Below, in pieces: positions 1 through 8,208 of a stretch of DNA of 64,000 nucleotides (its first letter is position 1; each line of letters begins with the position of its first letter). The DNA is taken from IMG/VR virus record IMGVR_UViG_2049941000_000086; one strand, written 5' to 3'. This DNA comes from an uncultured virus (IMG/VR IMGVR_UViG_2049941000_000086) (Duplodnaviria > Heunggongvirae > Uroviricota > Caudoviricetes). The position numbers and the translations under genes are program-made. Below the pieces are notes generated by a model, which was given only the letters and a program-made list of their open reading frames with translations, did no database searches and was not told where the DNA came from.

Positions 1-242
1 CAGGACACCCCCCTCACATAGTAGTTGTGGTAGTAATCCTGTATGGTAATGAACCCTCTGTGCTTGAAGAACCCGTCGTAGAAGTCCATCAGGTCCTCGG
101 GCTGAGTAGCGGCCAGGTCGAAGTCCCGGCAATCCTCGCTGTCGGCAAGGTCGCCAATCTCAGCGTAGGTACCGCACTTCCGGTATCCCTGCATCTTGGC
201 AACCCACAGGCTCTCGTCGAGAATCTTTTGCAGACTAAGCAT
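1..242 (-). CDS. hypothetical protein, partial (runs off the left end)
   Basis: Hand-translated MLSLQKILDESLWVAKMQGYRKCG..., open to position 1; start overlaps the upstream stop. Confidence 0.55.
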   Translation of the reverse strand, partial: MLSLQKILDESLWVAKMQGYRKCGTYAEIGDLADSEDCRDFDLAATQPEDLMDFYDGFFKHRGFITIQDYYHNYYVRGVS

Positions 243-314
243 CTTCTTCCTCCTCATTCGCCTCTCGCCATGCTTCATCGCACAGCCCTTCCAGTTCCTC
301 CATCNNNNNNNNNN

Positions 315-478
315 TATATATCGCTGAGTAACTGAGCTTCAGTCTCTCCTTCCCATACCAGGTCGTACATATCCCGGTCCATCTTCTCATGCCCGTGGTC
401 CGAGAACCAATCATAATTCTTGAAGCCCCACTCCCGAAAGTGTTCATTGTTAATCTGGTAAATGCGAATCTTATGCAT
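315..478 (-). CDS. YodL-like domain protein, N-terminal part (cut by N gap)
   Basis: MHKIRIYQINNE..F..Y....YDLVWEGE resembles the YodL-like N-terminus; GGGGG RBS. Confidence 0.45.
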
Positions 479-489
479 TGTTATCCCCC

Positions 490-900
490 TCACGCCGTGC
501 GAAGCAGCCCGCCGCCGCAAGACCTGAAGCCAATGGAACCGAACTCGGAACAATCCGGGTAAGTCAGGTTCTCCGTCCACGTCACCGCGTAACCTTCCCG
601 AATGTCATCCCTGTCCATGCCCCACTCTTCTTCGTGGTCGCTCACATACAGGTAAGACTCCATCTCCATGTCCTCACAGAAGGAACGAATCACCATGTAC
701 ACCAGAGCGCCGTTCTCGTCAAGGAGCCGCTTGGCAACTTCCTTCTGCCGCTCGTTCAGGTCGTACAGTCCACCGAAGGGAGGCTCGCTGACCATGACCT
801 TGTTGCTCCTGCGGAACGCTTCCCTCGCACGTCCGAAGACATCCATCATCTTCATCCGGCGCACAGCCTCAGCTTTCTTCATATCCAGAGAAATGTTCAT
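490..900 (-). CDS. hypothetical protein
   Basis: 136-aa ORF with GGAGG RBS. Confidence 0.75.
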   Translation of the reverse strand: MNISLDMKKAEAVRRMKMMDVFGRAREAFRRSNKVMVSEPPFGGLYDLNERQKEVAKRLLDENGALVYMVIRSFCEDMEMESYLYVSDHEEEWGMDRDDIREGYAVTWTENLTYPDCSEFGSIGFRSCGGGLLRTA

Positions 901-1102
901 CTCGTCGCCCTCCGTTCTTTCATCTTGACCCCATTGTAAACTTTTTCTTGTACATATTGTCANNNNNNNNNNCAGTCCTCAATCGTTTCAGAGCTGACAG
1001 GGAAGGTGAAGGTTTTACTGAACTCCGCATCACTGCCCTCCACAATGGAACCAATCGTTACGGTGGATTCGGTGTCGTAGTGGCATCCTCTNNNNNNNNN
1101 NC

Positions 1103-1654
1103 AAGGGATGCACCCGAAAGCTCTTCAACCGCAACCACGCCATCGTCACCGTGCTTCTCACTTCGGGCCTCAGAAATTCGGAACTCCGGGAGCTGCGCCT
1201 TTGCGACCTGATTCCCTCCGAGAACCGGCTGGTCGTCCGCTGCGGCAAGGGCGGGAAAACCCGCTCCGCACCCTATCCCCCAGCAGCACAGGAAGCGGTG
1301 GCCGCTTGGCTCTCTGACCCGCTCAGACCGTCTACGCTTCCCTCTGACGCGATTCTTTTCGGGAAAGGTACGGACACCGCCTCGTGGCAGATGTTCAGCA
1401 GGACGGAGCTGAGCACGATGGTGGAGCGTTTCACGAAGACAGTGCTGGGAAAAGAGTACGGCGTCCGCACCCACGCCCTCCGCCACGCCAACGCCTCCTA
1501 TCTGTGGGACAGCGGCATGAGGATGGAGGACATCCGCGATCTGCTCGGTCACAGCGATGTGAAAGTCAGCCAGATGTATATTTCCCGCCTGCGTCCTCAG
1601 ACCGCAACCGAATCCGCCACCAATGCGTTCGCGGCTCTGAGCGCCGCCGTATGA
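1103..1654 (+). CDS. tyrosine recombinase (XerC/D-like), catalytic domain; N-terminus lost in N gaps
   Basis: SGLRNSEL, GKGGKTR, HALRH, LLGHSD..SQMY catalytic motifs. Confidence 0.88.
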   Translation, partial: KGCTRKLFNRNHAIVTVLLTSGLRNSELRELRLCDLIPSENRLVVRCGKGGKTRSAPYPPAAQEAVAAWLSDPLRPSTLPSDAILFGKGTDTASWQMFSRTELSTMVERFTKTVLGKEYGVRTHALRHANASYLWDSGMRMEDIRDLLGHSDVKVSQMYISRLRPQTATESATNAFAALSAAV

Positions 1655-1667
1655 AAGGAGCGAAGCG

Positions 1668-2135
1668 ATGATCTACCTCATAAAATCCGGAAGCTATTCC
1701 GACGTTGTAATCCACGGATACTTCACCAACGAGGAAGACGCCTACGAATACTGCGAGCTTGTGAAGCAGAAATATCTTTCAGCCCCGGCTGGTGCTTGGC
1801 ATCTGGTCCTCTATGTGGAACCCGTGCAAGAAATGCAGGTGGAGTTCCCAAAAGAACGGCTCGCTATGCTCTATGAATACTCCGTTATCTTTTCCAAGCA
1901 GATAGACGAGGAATCCGACAAGCTGACGTGGCAGTGCGCTGGAGCTCTCGGACCAACGGCACATCCGGAGAACGGGAATATTCCTCTCGGAGAACGGTAC
2001 GAAATAAAGCGCAATGTTTTCGGGGACCAGGTACTCGTCCACGTTGCTTTGGATCACCCGGACCCGAACAAGGCTATGAAAATTGCCCAAGACTACTTTG
2101 CTCAGCTCCGTGCCGAGGGCAAGATTGAAGACTGA
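1668..2135 (+). CDS. hypothetical protein
   Basis: 155-aa ORF, AAGGAG RBS. Confidence 0.75.
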   Translation: MIYLIKSGSYSDVVIHGYFTNEEDAYEYCELVKQKYLSAPAGAWHLVLYVEPVQEMQVEFPKERLAMLYEYSVIFSKQIDEESDKLTWQCAGALGPTAHPENGNIPLGERYEIKRNVFGDQVLVHVALDHPDPNKAMKIAQDYFAQLRAEGKIED

Positions 2136-2265
2136 CCGCCATAAAACCGCAAAGGGACTGGACGCCTCACCGCGCCCGGTCCCTTTAATTTTTTGCGCTT
2201 TATATATAGCTTGCTATGCTGTTTACTCTCTGACAACGCCCGTTGCACGGGTCAGCTCTATGACC

Positions 2266-2496
2266 TTACTCAGGCTCATTGGTCTGCTCCTGTTCATGGT
2301 AGATGAAATCCCGATACCCCTCGGCATTGTCCAGATTCTCGTCCATGATTTTCACCATTGCCGTCACCACATCGGGAGCGTTCCAAAGGGTCTGGCACAG
2401 TCCGTGGAACTGCGTCTTTGCGGCGGCAACGTCCGTGATGCCCTCCGCATGGACGGAGTAGTTGCCGTTGATGACTTTGACGATCGCGTATTTCAT
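2266..2496 (-). CDS. small hypothetical protein (tail-fibre associated)
   Basis: 76-aa ORF, AAGGAG RBS, follows a fibre-like gene. Confidence 0.75.
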   Translation of the reverse strand: MKYAIVKVINGNYSVHAEGITDVAAAKTQFHGLCQTLWNAPDVVTAMVKIMDENLDNAEGYRDFIYHEQEQTNEPE

Positions 2497-2517
2497 GATG
2501 ATTTCTCCTTTTAATAA

Positions 2518-3384
2518 TTATGCTGTCCAACCGCTTCGAGTACAAATAATCGTGACGTTTGCCCAGGAGCCTACATTTATGGAAAAACTACGTGGATTCG
2601 CCCCATTCATCGTTGGTGAATAACTTCCGACAAGTCTTGTTGCCACTACGGAGTCCAACACAGTTAATCCATAAATCGCGCCCTCTGTGCCTGCGGCCTG
2701 AACAAACATAATCCCCACCCCATTACCGTTAAGGTCAAAGGTAAGGGTCACTCCGGAATTTGTGTTATTTGTTTGCGAAACACACCGCAAGTAACCGAAT
2801 CTATTATTTATTTCATCTGGAATATCCGTTGAGCGTATCTTATTCAGTCCGCCCTCTGTCACCTGTTCGCAGTTCGTGTTTTCGGTGAACGTGGCATTTT
2901 GGTCTATTTGTGTCTTGGCTCGGTACAGAACTCCGTTAAGGTAGAAGTAAGCCCCAGCAGGAATCACCGCTCCCGTGGTGTTCGTTGTTCCCGTAGCCTG
3001 AATGGAGGTCAGGTCTGCTTTTGCGGCCTTGCCCTCAAGCTGGGCAGGAGTGGCATAATCCGTTCCAGCCGTCAGCGGAGCCTGATAATCCGTCCCGGCT
3101 GTTGCGGCTGTCACACCCCCGGCCCCGTCACCCTTGAGGATGCCGTTCGTGCTGATGGTAGGCTGCGCTCCCACATCGGAGGCGGTCAACGTGATGTCCG
3201 CGCTTAATGCCTTATTGTTAACCGTCCTGCTGGTGGGCACAAAAAACGACGCGACGGATTGCCTGATCCACACCAGAATCGTGGAAAAGCTAAACCTGGA
3301 GTTTCCATCGTTGTGCAAGCCTACCAACACGTCGGAAGGGTTAATCTCGGACGATGCCGGAAATTGCGAATATTTTGTACCCAT
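2518..3384 (-). CDS. tail fibre-like protein
   Basis: RTVNNKALSADITLTASDVGA and GILKGDG..AGTDY fibre repeats; AT-richer C-terminus. Confidence 0.7.
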   Translation of the reverse strand: MGTKYSQFPASSEINPSDVLVGLHNDGNSRFSFSTILVWIRQSVASFFVPTSRTVNNKALSADITLTASDVGAQPTISTNGILKGDGAGGVTAATAGTDYQAPLTAGTDYATPAQLEGKAAKADLTSIQATGTTNTTGAVIPAGAYFYLNGVLYRAKTQIDQNATFTENTNCEQVTEGGLNKIRSTDIPDEINNRFGYLRCVSQTNNTNSGVTLTFDLNGNGVGIMFVQAAGTEGAIYGLTVLDSVVATRLVGSYSPTMNGANPRSFSINVGSWANVTIICTRSGWTA

Positions 3385-3395
3385 GATCCCACCTT

Positions 3396-3560
3396 CTACT
3401 CGGTCACGATGTTGTCTCCGCCCTCTGTGATGATGTCGTCGTCCTGCTCAGTGACGATGTAACTGTTTGACGGAGGAACCGGGGTCTTCTCAAAAGGTAC
3501 TCTTCCAAGCCTCAACCCCGTCTGCAAACCTGCAAAGAAACTTTCGATATCGTAGTCCAT
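3396..3560 (-). CDS. small virion-associated protein (54 aa, not in the ORF track)
   Basis: Hand-translated MDYDIESFFAGLQTGLRLG...IVTEQDDDIITEGGDNIVTE*; translationally coupled to the upstream gene. Confidence 0.65.
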   Translation of the reverse strand: MDYDIESFFAGLQTGLRLGRVPFEKTPVPPSNSYIVTEQDDDIITEGGDNIVTE

Positions 3561-4096
3561 CAATCCCGCCTCACATTCGCAGCCTGCAACATGGCGATGA
3601 TTGTTTCAGGCGGTGTCGGTCTTGTCCATGCTGGGTATCCAACCACATATCCGGTAGCGTCAAATACCGGAAGATCTGTGTCGATAGACGTTCCTCCACC
3701 GTACTGGCCGTTTTGGTTGAACGCAGAATAATACCATGTCAGGCCAAGATAGCTGCAGGTTCCCTTTACGCTCGTCCACCATCCGCTTTCCGTGTTCAGA
3801 TATAGCGTCATGAAATCAGGATGTGTGGAGATCAGGAATATGCCTACCCAGTCGTTTCCATAGTTTGGGGTCGTTCCATTGACGGCATATACACCAACGC
3901 ACTGCCCGTAATTCAGCTTGATATACGGGGTTCTGGTGCTGTGTTCGGCTGTTCCCAAGATTCCGGGGGCAAATACCAACCATTCAGAATCTGCCGTCCA
4001 CCCCAATGCTTGTCCTTCAGGCAGCGGAAACGGCGGCTTCCAAAGTGTCCGTCCGGCCGCAAGACCGGCGAGAAAGCTTCTCTGGTCATAGGGCAT
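3560..4096 (-). CDS. hypothetical virion/tail protein
   Basis: 178-aa ORF coupled to its neighbours. Confidence 0.7.
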   Translation of the reverse strand: MPYDQRSFLAGLAAGRTLWKPPFPLPEGQALGWTADSEWLVFAPGILGTAEHSTRTPYIKLNYGQCVGVYAVNGTTPNYGNDWVGIFLISTHPDFMTLYLNTESGWWTSVKGTCSYLGLTWYYSAFNQNGQYGGGTSIDTDLPVFDATGYVVGYPAWTRPTPPETIIAMLQAANVRRD

Positions 4097-4968
4097 TACC
4101 AGACCACCACCGTTTCATGCCCTTCGCCATCCGTGATCTTGATGGGTCTGCCTGAGTTATCGAAGTCCACAAGGAACGCATGAGAGATATTCCCGTCAAC
4201 CGTTTCTTCAAAGAATCCGTTTCCCCATCCGGAGAAATCCAGTTCCGTCGGCTTGCGAAGGCCGTACAGATCCATGTACCCGGCCGTACTCAGTTCTATC
4301 GAAGACGCTACGCTATCCGTGTAAGTGTAAGTATACACTGGCCAGCTCGTTACCACCGTCGATGAATACACCCGGTTTCCGCTGCCGTCCAGCGGCTCTC
4401 CGTTTACTGTATGGGAGACCGGCTGGCTTTTCCAGTACATGTTCTGCCCGTATCGGTTCGTCGCCTGTACCGGAGTCTGTGCGGTCACACTTCCGACGAT
4501 AAGCTGAATATGATTGTCCAGTACGCGGATGAACAAATCGTCCGAGGTGTCTTGCAGGAAGTATTTTTTGACCCGCGCTTCGGTGTTCACGCGGTCTACA
4601 GTAAGCTGCGCGATATCGCCCAACAAGTCAATCTCTGCGCCGCCTCCCCCTCCTCCGCCGAGTCCGCTAAGGTCAGTGGCGCAGAGGACAAATGCGTTGC
4701 TCATATCTCCCAGCGCAATGACTAAGACCTGATCTCCTGCCTGTGCAGTCTGCCCCAGCGCAGGCGGGCACCGCAGCGTCATGGAAACCGTATCAAAGGG
4801 GCGCTGCACGGTCAGCGTCCCGTCTCCGTTGTTGGTGATGACGGTAGCCTTGTATCCGTCAAGAGAGTGATTGAGCAGTTCGTCGCTGACCTTGTGCTTG
4901 AAAAACCGTTCCCAAAGCTGTTTTGCCAATTCGTACATAGCTCCGGATTCGCTTTGCTCCGCCGCCAT
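4096..4968 (-). CDS. putative tail tip/baseplate protein
   Basis: N-terminal OB-fold-like segment (ATVITNNGDGTLTV..GDQVLVI), Gly linker, beta-rich C-terminus. Confidence 0.55.
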   Translation of the reverse strand: MAAEQSESGAMYELAKQLWERFFKHKVSDELLNHSLDGYKATVITNNGDGTLTVQRPFDTVSMTLRCPPALGQTAQAGDQVLVIALGDMSNAFVLCATDLSGLGGGGGGGAEIDLLGDIAQLTVDRVNTEARVKKYFLQDTSDDLFIRVLDNHIQLIVGSVTAQTPVQATNRYGQNMYWKSQPVSHTVNGEPLDGSGNRVYSSTVVTSWPVYTYTYTDSVASSIELSTAGYMDLYGLRKPTELDFSGWGNGFFEETVDGNISHAFLVDFDNSGRPIKITDGEGHETVVVW

Positions 4969-5048
4969 ATGTCACTCTCCTTCCTTCCGTTCTTGGCTTC
5001 CCTTTGGGGAAGGTGCCCCGTAGGGGCGGATGGGCGGAACCCCCGTCA

Positions 5049-5921
5049 TTATCCGTTCTTCCGGTTGTATTCGTCGTTCCGCAGGATCATCGCCAGCACT
5101 TCTTCCCGCGTCGCCGTGTCCGTGGGTCGGTACTTCCCGTTCTTGGCTTCCGTGATGATGCCGCGCCGGATTCCCTCTTCCCAGTATGCCTCGCTCCACC
5201 GCCCCTTGTAGTCCGGGATGACCGGGGCAGGCTCTTCCGGCTTGTACTGGGGACGGCACGCCCCCACAACCTGACGAGGATAACGCACCTTCTCGCAGAC
5301 CATGCCCCCATTNNNNNNNNNNCCATTCGGTCTGAAAGAGCCATCTTCGTAGCCGGATATGATTCCTATTCTCCTGCCCCACGTAAAGAACTTTTCCGAC
5401 CATGTACCGATATAGTCAGGTTCATCCGATATTGGTTCCTCCGCCTTATATTGCGGACGGCACACGCCCACAACCTGACGAGGATAACGCACCTTCTCGC
5501 AGACCATGCCCCCATTGTCTTGACTGGTGTCTCCGCTGGTGGTGTTGCCCTCGATGGTCTTGATGTAGAGGATGCTTCCCCCAGACCGCTCCACATGGGT
5601 CACTAGTCCACAATGCTGAGGTTCAACTGTCCCAGAGAAGTTGAGGATGACGATATCCCCCACCTGCACCTCTCTCACAGGCACGGTCAGCTCCTGCTCC
5701 CTGTACCACCGCAGCAGGACGGAACAGGAAGCCGTTTTGCCGCCGCCGAAGAATGCCATGCGCTCCCCGGCCTGATTGAACAGCCAGCATAGGAAAATCA
5801 CACACCAGGGTACACCGTTCACGCCGTACCAAAAGCCGTATTTCGTGAGATTGCTCCCGGCTGGCTCCTCCGTATTCCCCAGCTCACCCCGGGCAAGCTC
5901 GATCACTTTACTCAGACTCAT
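5049..5921 (-). CDS. CHAP-domain endolysin with SLH-like C-terminus (two alternative tails across an N gap)
   Basis: PWCVIF, HCGLV, TIEGNT CHAP motifs; GIISGYEDGSFRPN and YRPTDTATREEV SLH-like motifs. Confidence 0.85.
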   Translation of the reverse strand: MSLSKVIELARGELGNTEEPAGSNLTKYGFWYGVNGVPWCVIFLCWLFNQAGERMAFFGGGKTASCSVLLRWYREQELTVPVREVQVGDIVILNFSGTVEPQHCGLVTHVERSGGSILYIKTIEGNTTSGDTSQDNGGMVCEKVRYPRQVVGVCRPQYKAEEPISDEPDYIGTWSEKFFTWGRRIGIISGYEDGSFRPNXXXXNGGMVCEKVRYPRQVVGACRPQYKPEEPAPVIPDYKGRWSEAYWEEGIRRGIITEAKNGKYRPTDTATREEVLAMILRNDEYNRKNG

Positions 5922-5930
5922 GGGGCCACC

Positions 5931-6748
5931 TCACGAAATCCCGTAATGAGCCATGATGCTCTGCATATTGGCAATTACCGTTGCTTCAGGTTCCGCACCA
6001 GAAACAACAGCCATATACTTGATGTCATAATTGCCACCGTATGTGTAACCGCCCATCCGCAAGGTTGTGGAGAACTCTGAATATCGGCCTGTTTTGCTTG
6101 GGACAAGAGCCCCTTTTTTGACCGCATCAACATAAAATGTACTGGCTTGTCCACCCCCGGCATCGGATACGGCAATACAATGGAATCCGTCAACAGCGCT
6201 TACACCAGTATTTGTATTTCCTCCATAGTAAGTGTAATTTATATTCGTTCCGTTTCTATATAAACCCGGAGCCTCGCCAATACTGTTGGAATATACGTTC
6301 GATATAAGTCTGCTGATACCAGAGGAACTCAGGCTTTTGAAAACCATATAGTTCGTGACAGGTGTATTTGCCGCACCAAGGTCATAACAGGCACTCATCC
6401 CGTCACCATTGAAATGCACAGACCCATCTGCCTCTATTTCCATCAAAGACGAACCGACAAGGGCTAAGTTGCCCCACGTTTCTATTCCGACCTCATAGTC
6501 TTCACACATGGCTTCGGCAAGGATGGAACTGGTCGCACTTGCCGTAAGTAAGGTGTAGATATTATAATCTGCCCCGTACACAAGTTCGCCACGCGTAAAA
6601 CCACTGTTTGCGTCTTGGATGGCAAGCAACCCATAAGCCTGCTTTTGTGCTGTGCTTAACGCATCCCATTGCGCTCTTGTCAGCAGCGGCACATCACCGC
6701 CTCCGCCGCCAGAACTACCCAACATCACAGGGTTTCCCCAAATGCTCA
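5931..6748 (-). CDS. putative receptor-binding/lectin-like virion protein
   Basis: MSIWGNPVMLG start, Gly linker, LTRAQWDALS motif, beta-rich LamG-like C-terminus. Confidence 0.55.
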
Positions 6749-7471
6749 TGTGTCTACCTCCGTAACAGTGCATTGCACCGACATTTCCGCCGTCGTTTCG
6801 GCTCCCACCGCATACGCCGTCAGCGTCCCGTTGTTGTTTTCGATCACCAAGCCCGTCACTCCGTCAGAGATAAGGCTTGCGATTTGTGCTGCCGTAGGCT
6901 GCAAATCGACCCGGCTGTTTGCCGTCACCGTTGCTCCTGTGACCGTCACCGTCTGCGAGTAGGGGCTTGCGCTCCCCGTCCATGTGTCGGAAAGCGTGAC
7001 GCTTCCGACTGCCGGTGGGTTTGCCTTTGCCGCGACTGCTTCCGCCAAATTTGCCACGTCAGCCGCCAGATAAGCCCTGTCCCAGTGCGCCGAAGTCCAC
7101 GCTTCCGCCGGGTCGATATCCTGGTTTGCTCTGTAAAGCAGCCCAAGCCGAATGCAGTAATCTCCTTCGTCGTAGGTGGCCGTCTCGTCGTAATCCAGAG
7201 CCAAGTTCCCGTTGGCGTCCTCGTCCGCTTCCCATACGTTCGCGTCCTCCGCTGCCGTCACCAGCTTGTAGATCGTGGGAGGGGTGGTGCTGGTGTCGGC
7301 GTACCGCTGCCCCGCTACGCCGGAGGTATACTGTGTCGGGGCTCCGTTTCCCGTCAGGATTTGGCTGTTCTGAAGAGTACCGGAGATTGCCATCAGTTCC
7401 GTGTCGTTGATGGCGGGTGCCATCCCGTCGATCCACACCGGAGCGACGTAGTTCCCGTTATACATCGGCAT
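6746..7471 (-). CDS. virion structural protein
   Basis: 241 aa; YDEGDYC..LYRAN..WT.AHW carbohydrate-binding-like motif; C-terminal domain paralogous to 24104-24448. Confidence 0.65.
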   Translation of the reverse strand: MPMYNGNYVAPVWIDGMAPAINDTELMAISGTLQNSQILTGNGAPTQYTSGVAGQRYADTSTTPPTIYKLVTAAEDANVWEADEDANGNLALDYDETATYDEGDYCIRLGLLYRANQDIDPAEAWTSAHWDRAYLAADVANLAEAVAAKANPPAVGSVTLSDTWTGSASPYSQTVTVTGATVTANSRVDLQPTAAQIASLISDGVTGLVIENNNGTLTAYAVGAETTAEMSVQCTVTEVDT

Positions 7472-7485
7472 TTATGACGACCCCC

Positions 7486-7935
7486 TCATAGGAACTTATG
7501 CTCCCTTGCGCACTTGTCGTAAATCTTGCGTATGATTTCCGCGCTCCGAAGCGTCAGCTCGTTTTTGAACTTCGGATGCTCCGCGCAGTATTGGTCGTAG
7601 GCTGTGATATCCTGTAAACACTGCTCGAAGTTCCCCTGGGTGTGCAGGTGGTCCGGTTCATTGATAAGTTCATCCGCAAACCGGAGTATCCTTGTCCGGC
7701 ACATGACGGCATACCGCTCGTCGTCGGCTTCGATGTGGGCTTTCAGTTCGCCCTTGATGTCGGTGATACTGTCCTGCATGGTCTTCCGCCAACCATTTTT
7801 CTCGTCTTTCTTTGACCAGTGCCGGTTCAGCAGCAGAGTAATAAGGCCAAAGATGCCTACCACCACTGCCGATATCCCCGCCGTCCCCAGCAGCGTTGAA
7901 AGGGTGATTGTGGCCTCACTCGCCGCGTTTTCCAT
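7486..7935 (-). CDS. membrane protein, putative holin-like
   Basis: N-terminal TM helix, then RILRF..Y..YC..HPKFKN motif; AGGAG RBS. Confidence 0.55.
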   Translation of the reverse strand: MENAASEATITLSTLLGTAGISAVVVGIFGLITLLLNRHWSKKDEKNGWRKTMQDSITDIKGELKAHIEADDERYAVMCRTRILRFADELINEPDHLHTQGNFEQCLQDITAYDQYCAEHPKFKNELTLRSAEIIRKIYDKCAREHKFL

Positions 7936-8208
7936 CGCACTTCTCCTCCGTACTCTCTTTTTTCTTGCGCGTGGACTTCTTCTTCGGCTTGACCTCCACC
8001 GGCTCCGGCACTTCCCGGATTTCGGCGATCTGCTTGCTGAGCTTCCGTACACGGTCTTCCCCGGTCAGCCAGTATTTCCCCAGCTCCCCGGTGATCTCTC
8101 TGGCGCTTCCGTCCCGAAAAACAAGAATCCTNNNNNNNNNNTTTCTAGCTCCCTTCTTTGGCTTTTTGGTGCCAACCTATCTTTTCCTTGCCCGATTCGC
8201 GCTTTCAT
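7916..8208 (-). CDS. hypothetical protein (interrupted by N gap)
   Basis: Hand translation ...ILVFRDGSAREITGELGKYWLTGEDRVRK...; start uncertain. Confidence 0.4.

Noticed and set aside
973..1091. Part of the recombinase N-terminus
   Set aside because: It is an isolated fragment between two gaps with no recombinase-like sequence and cannot be assigned.
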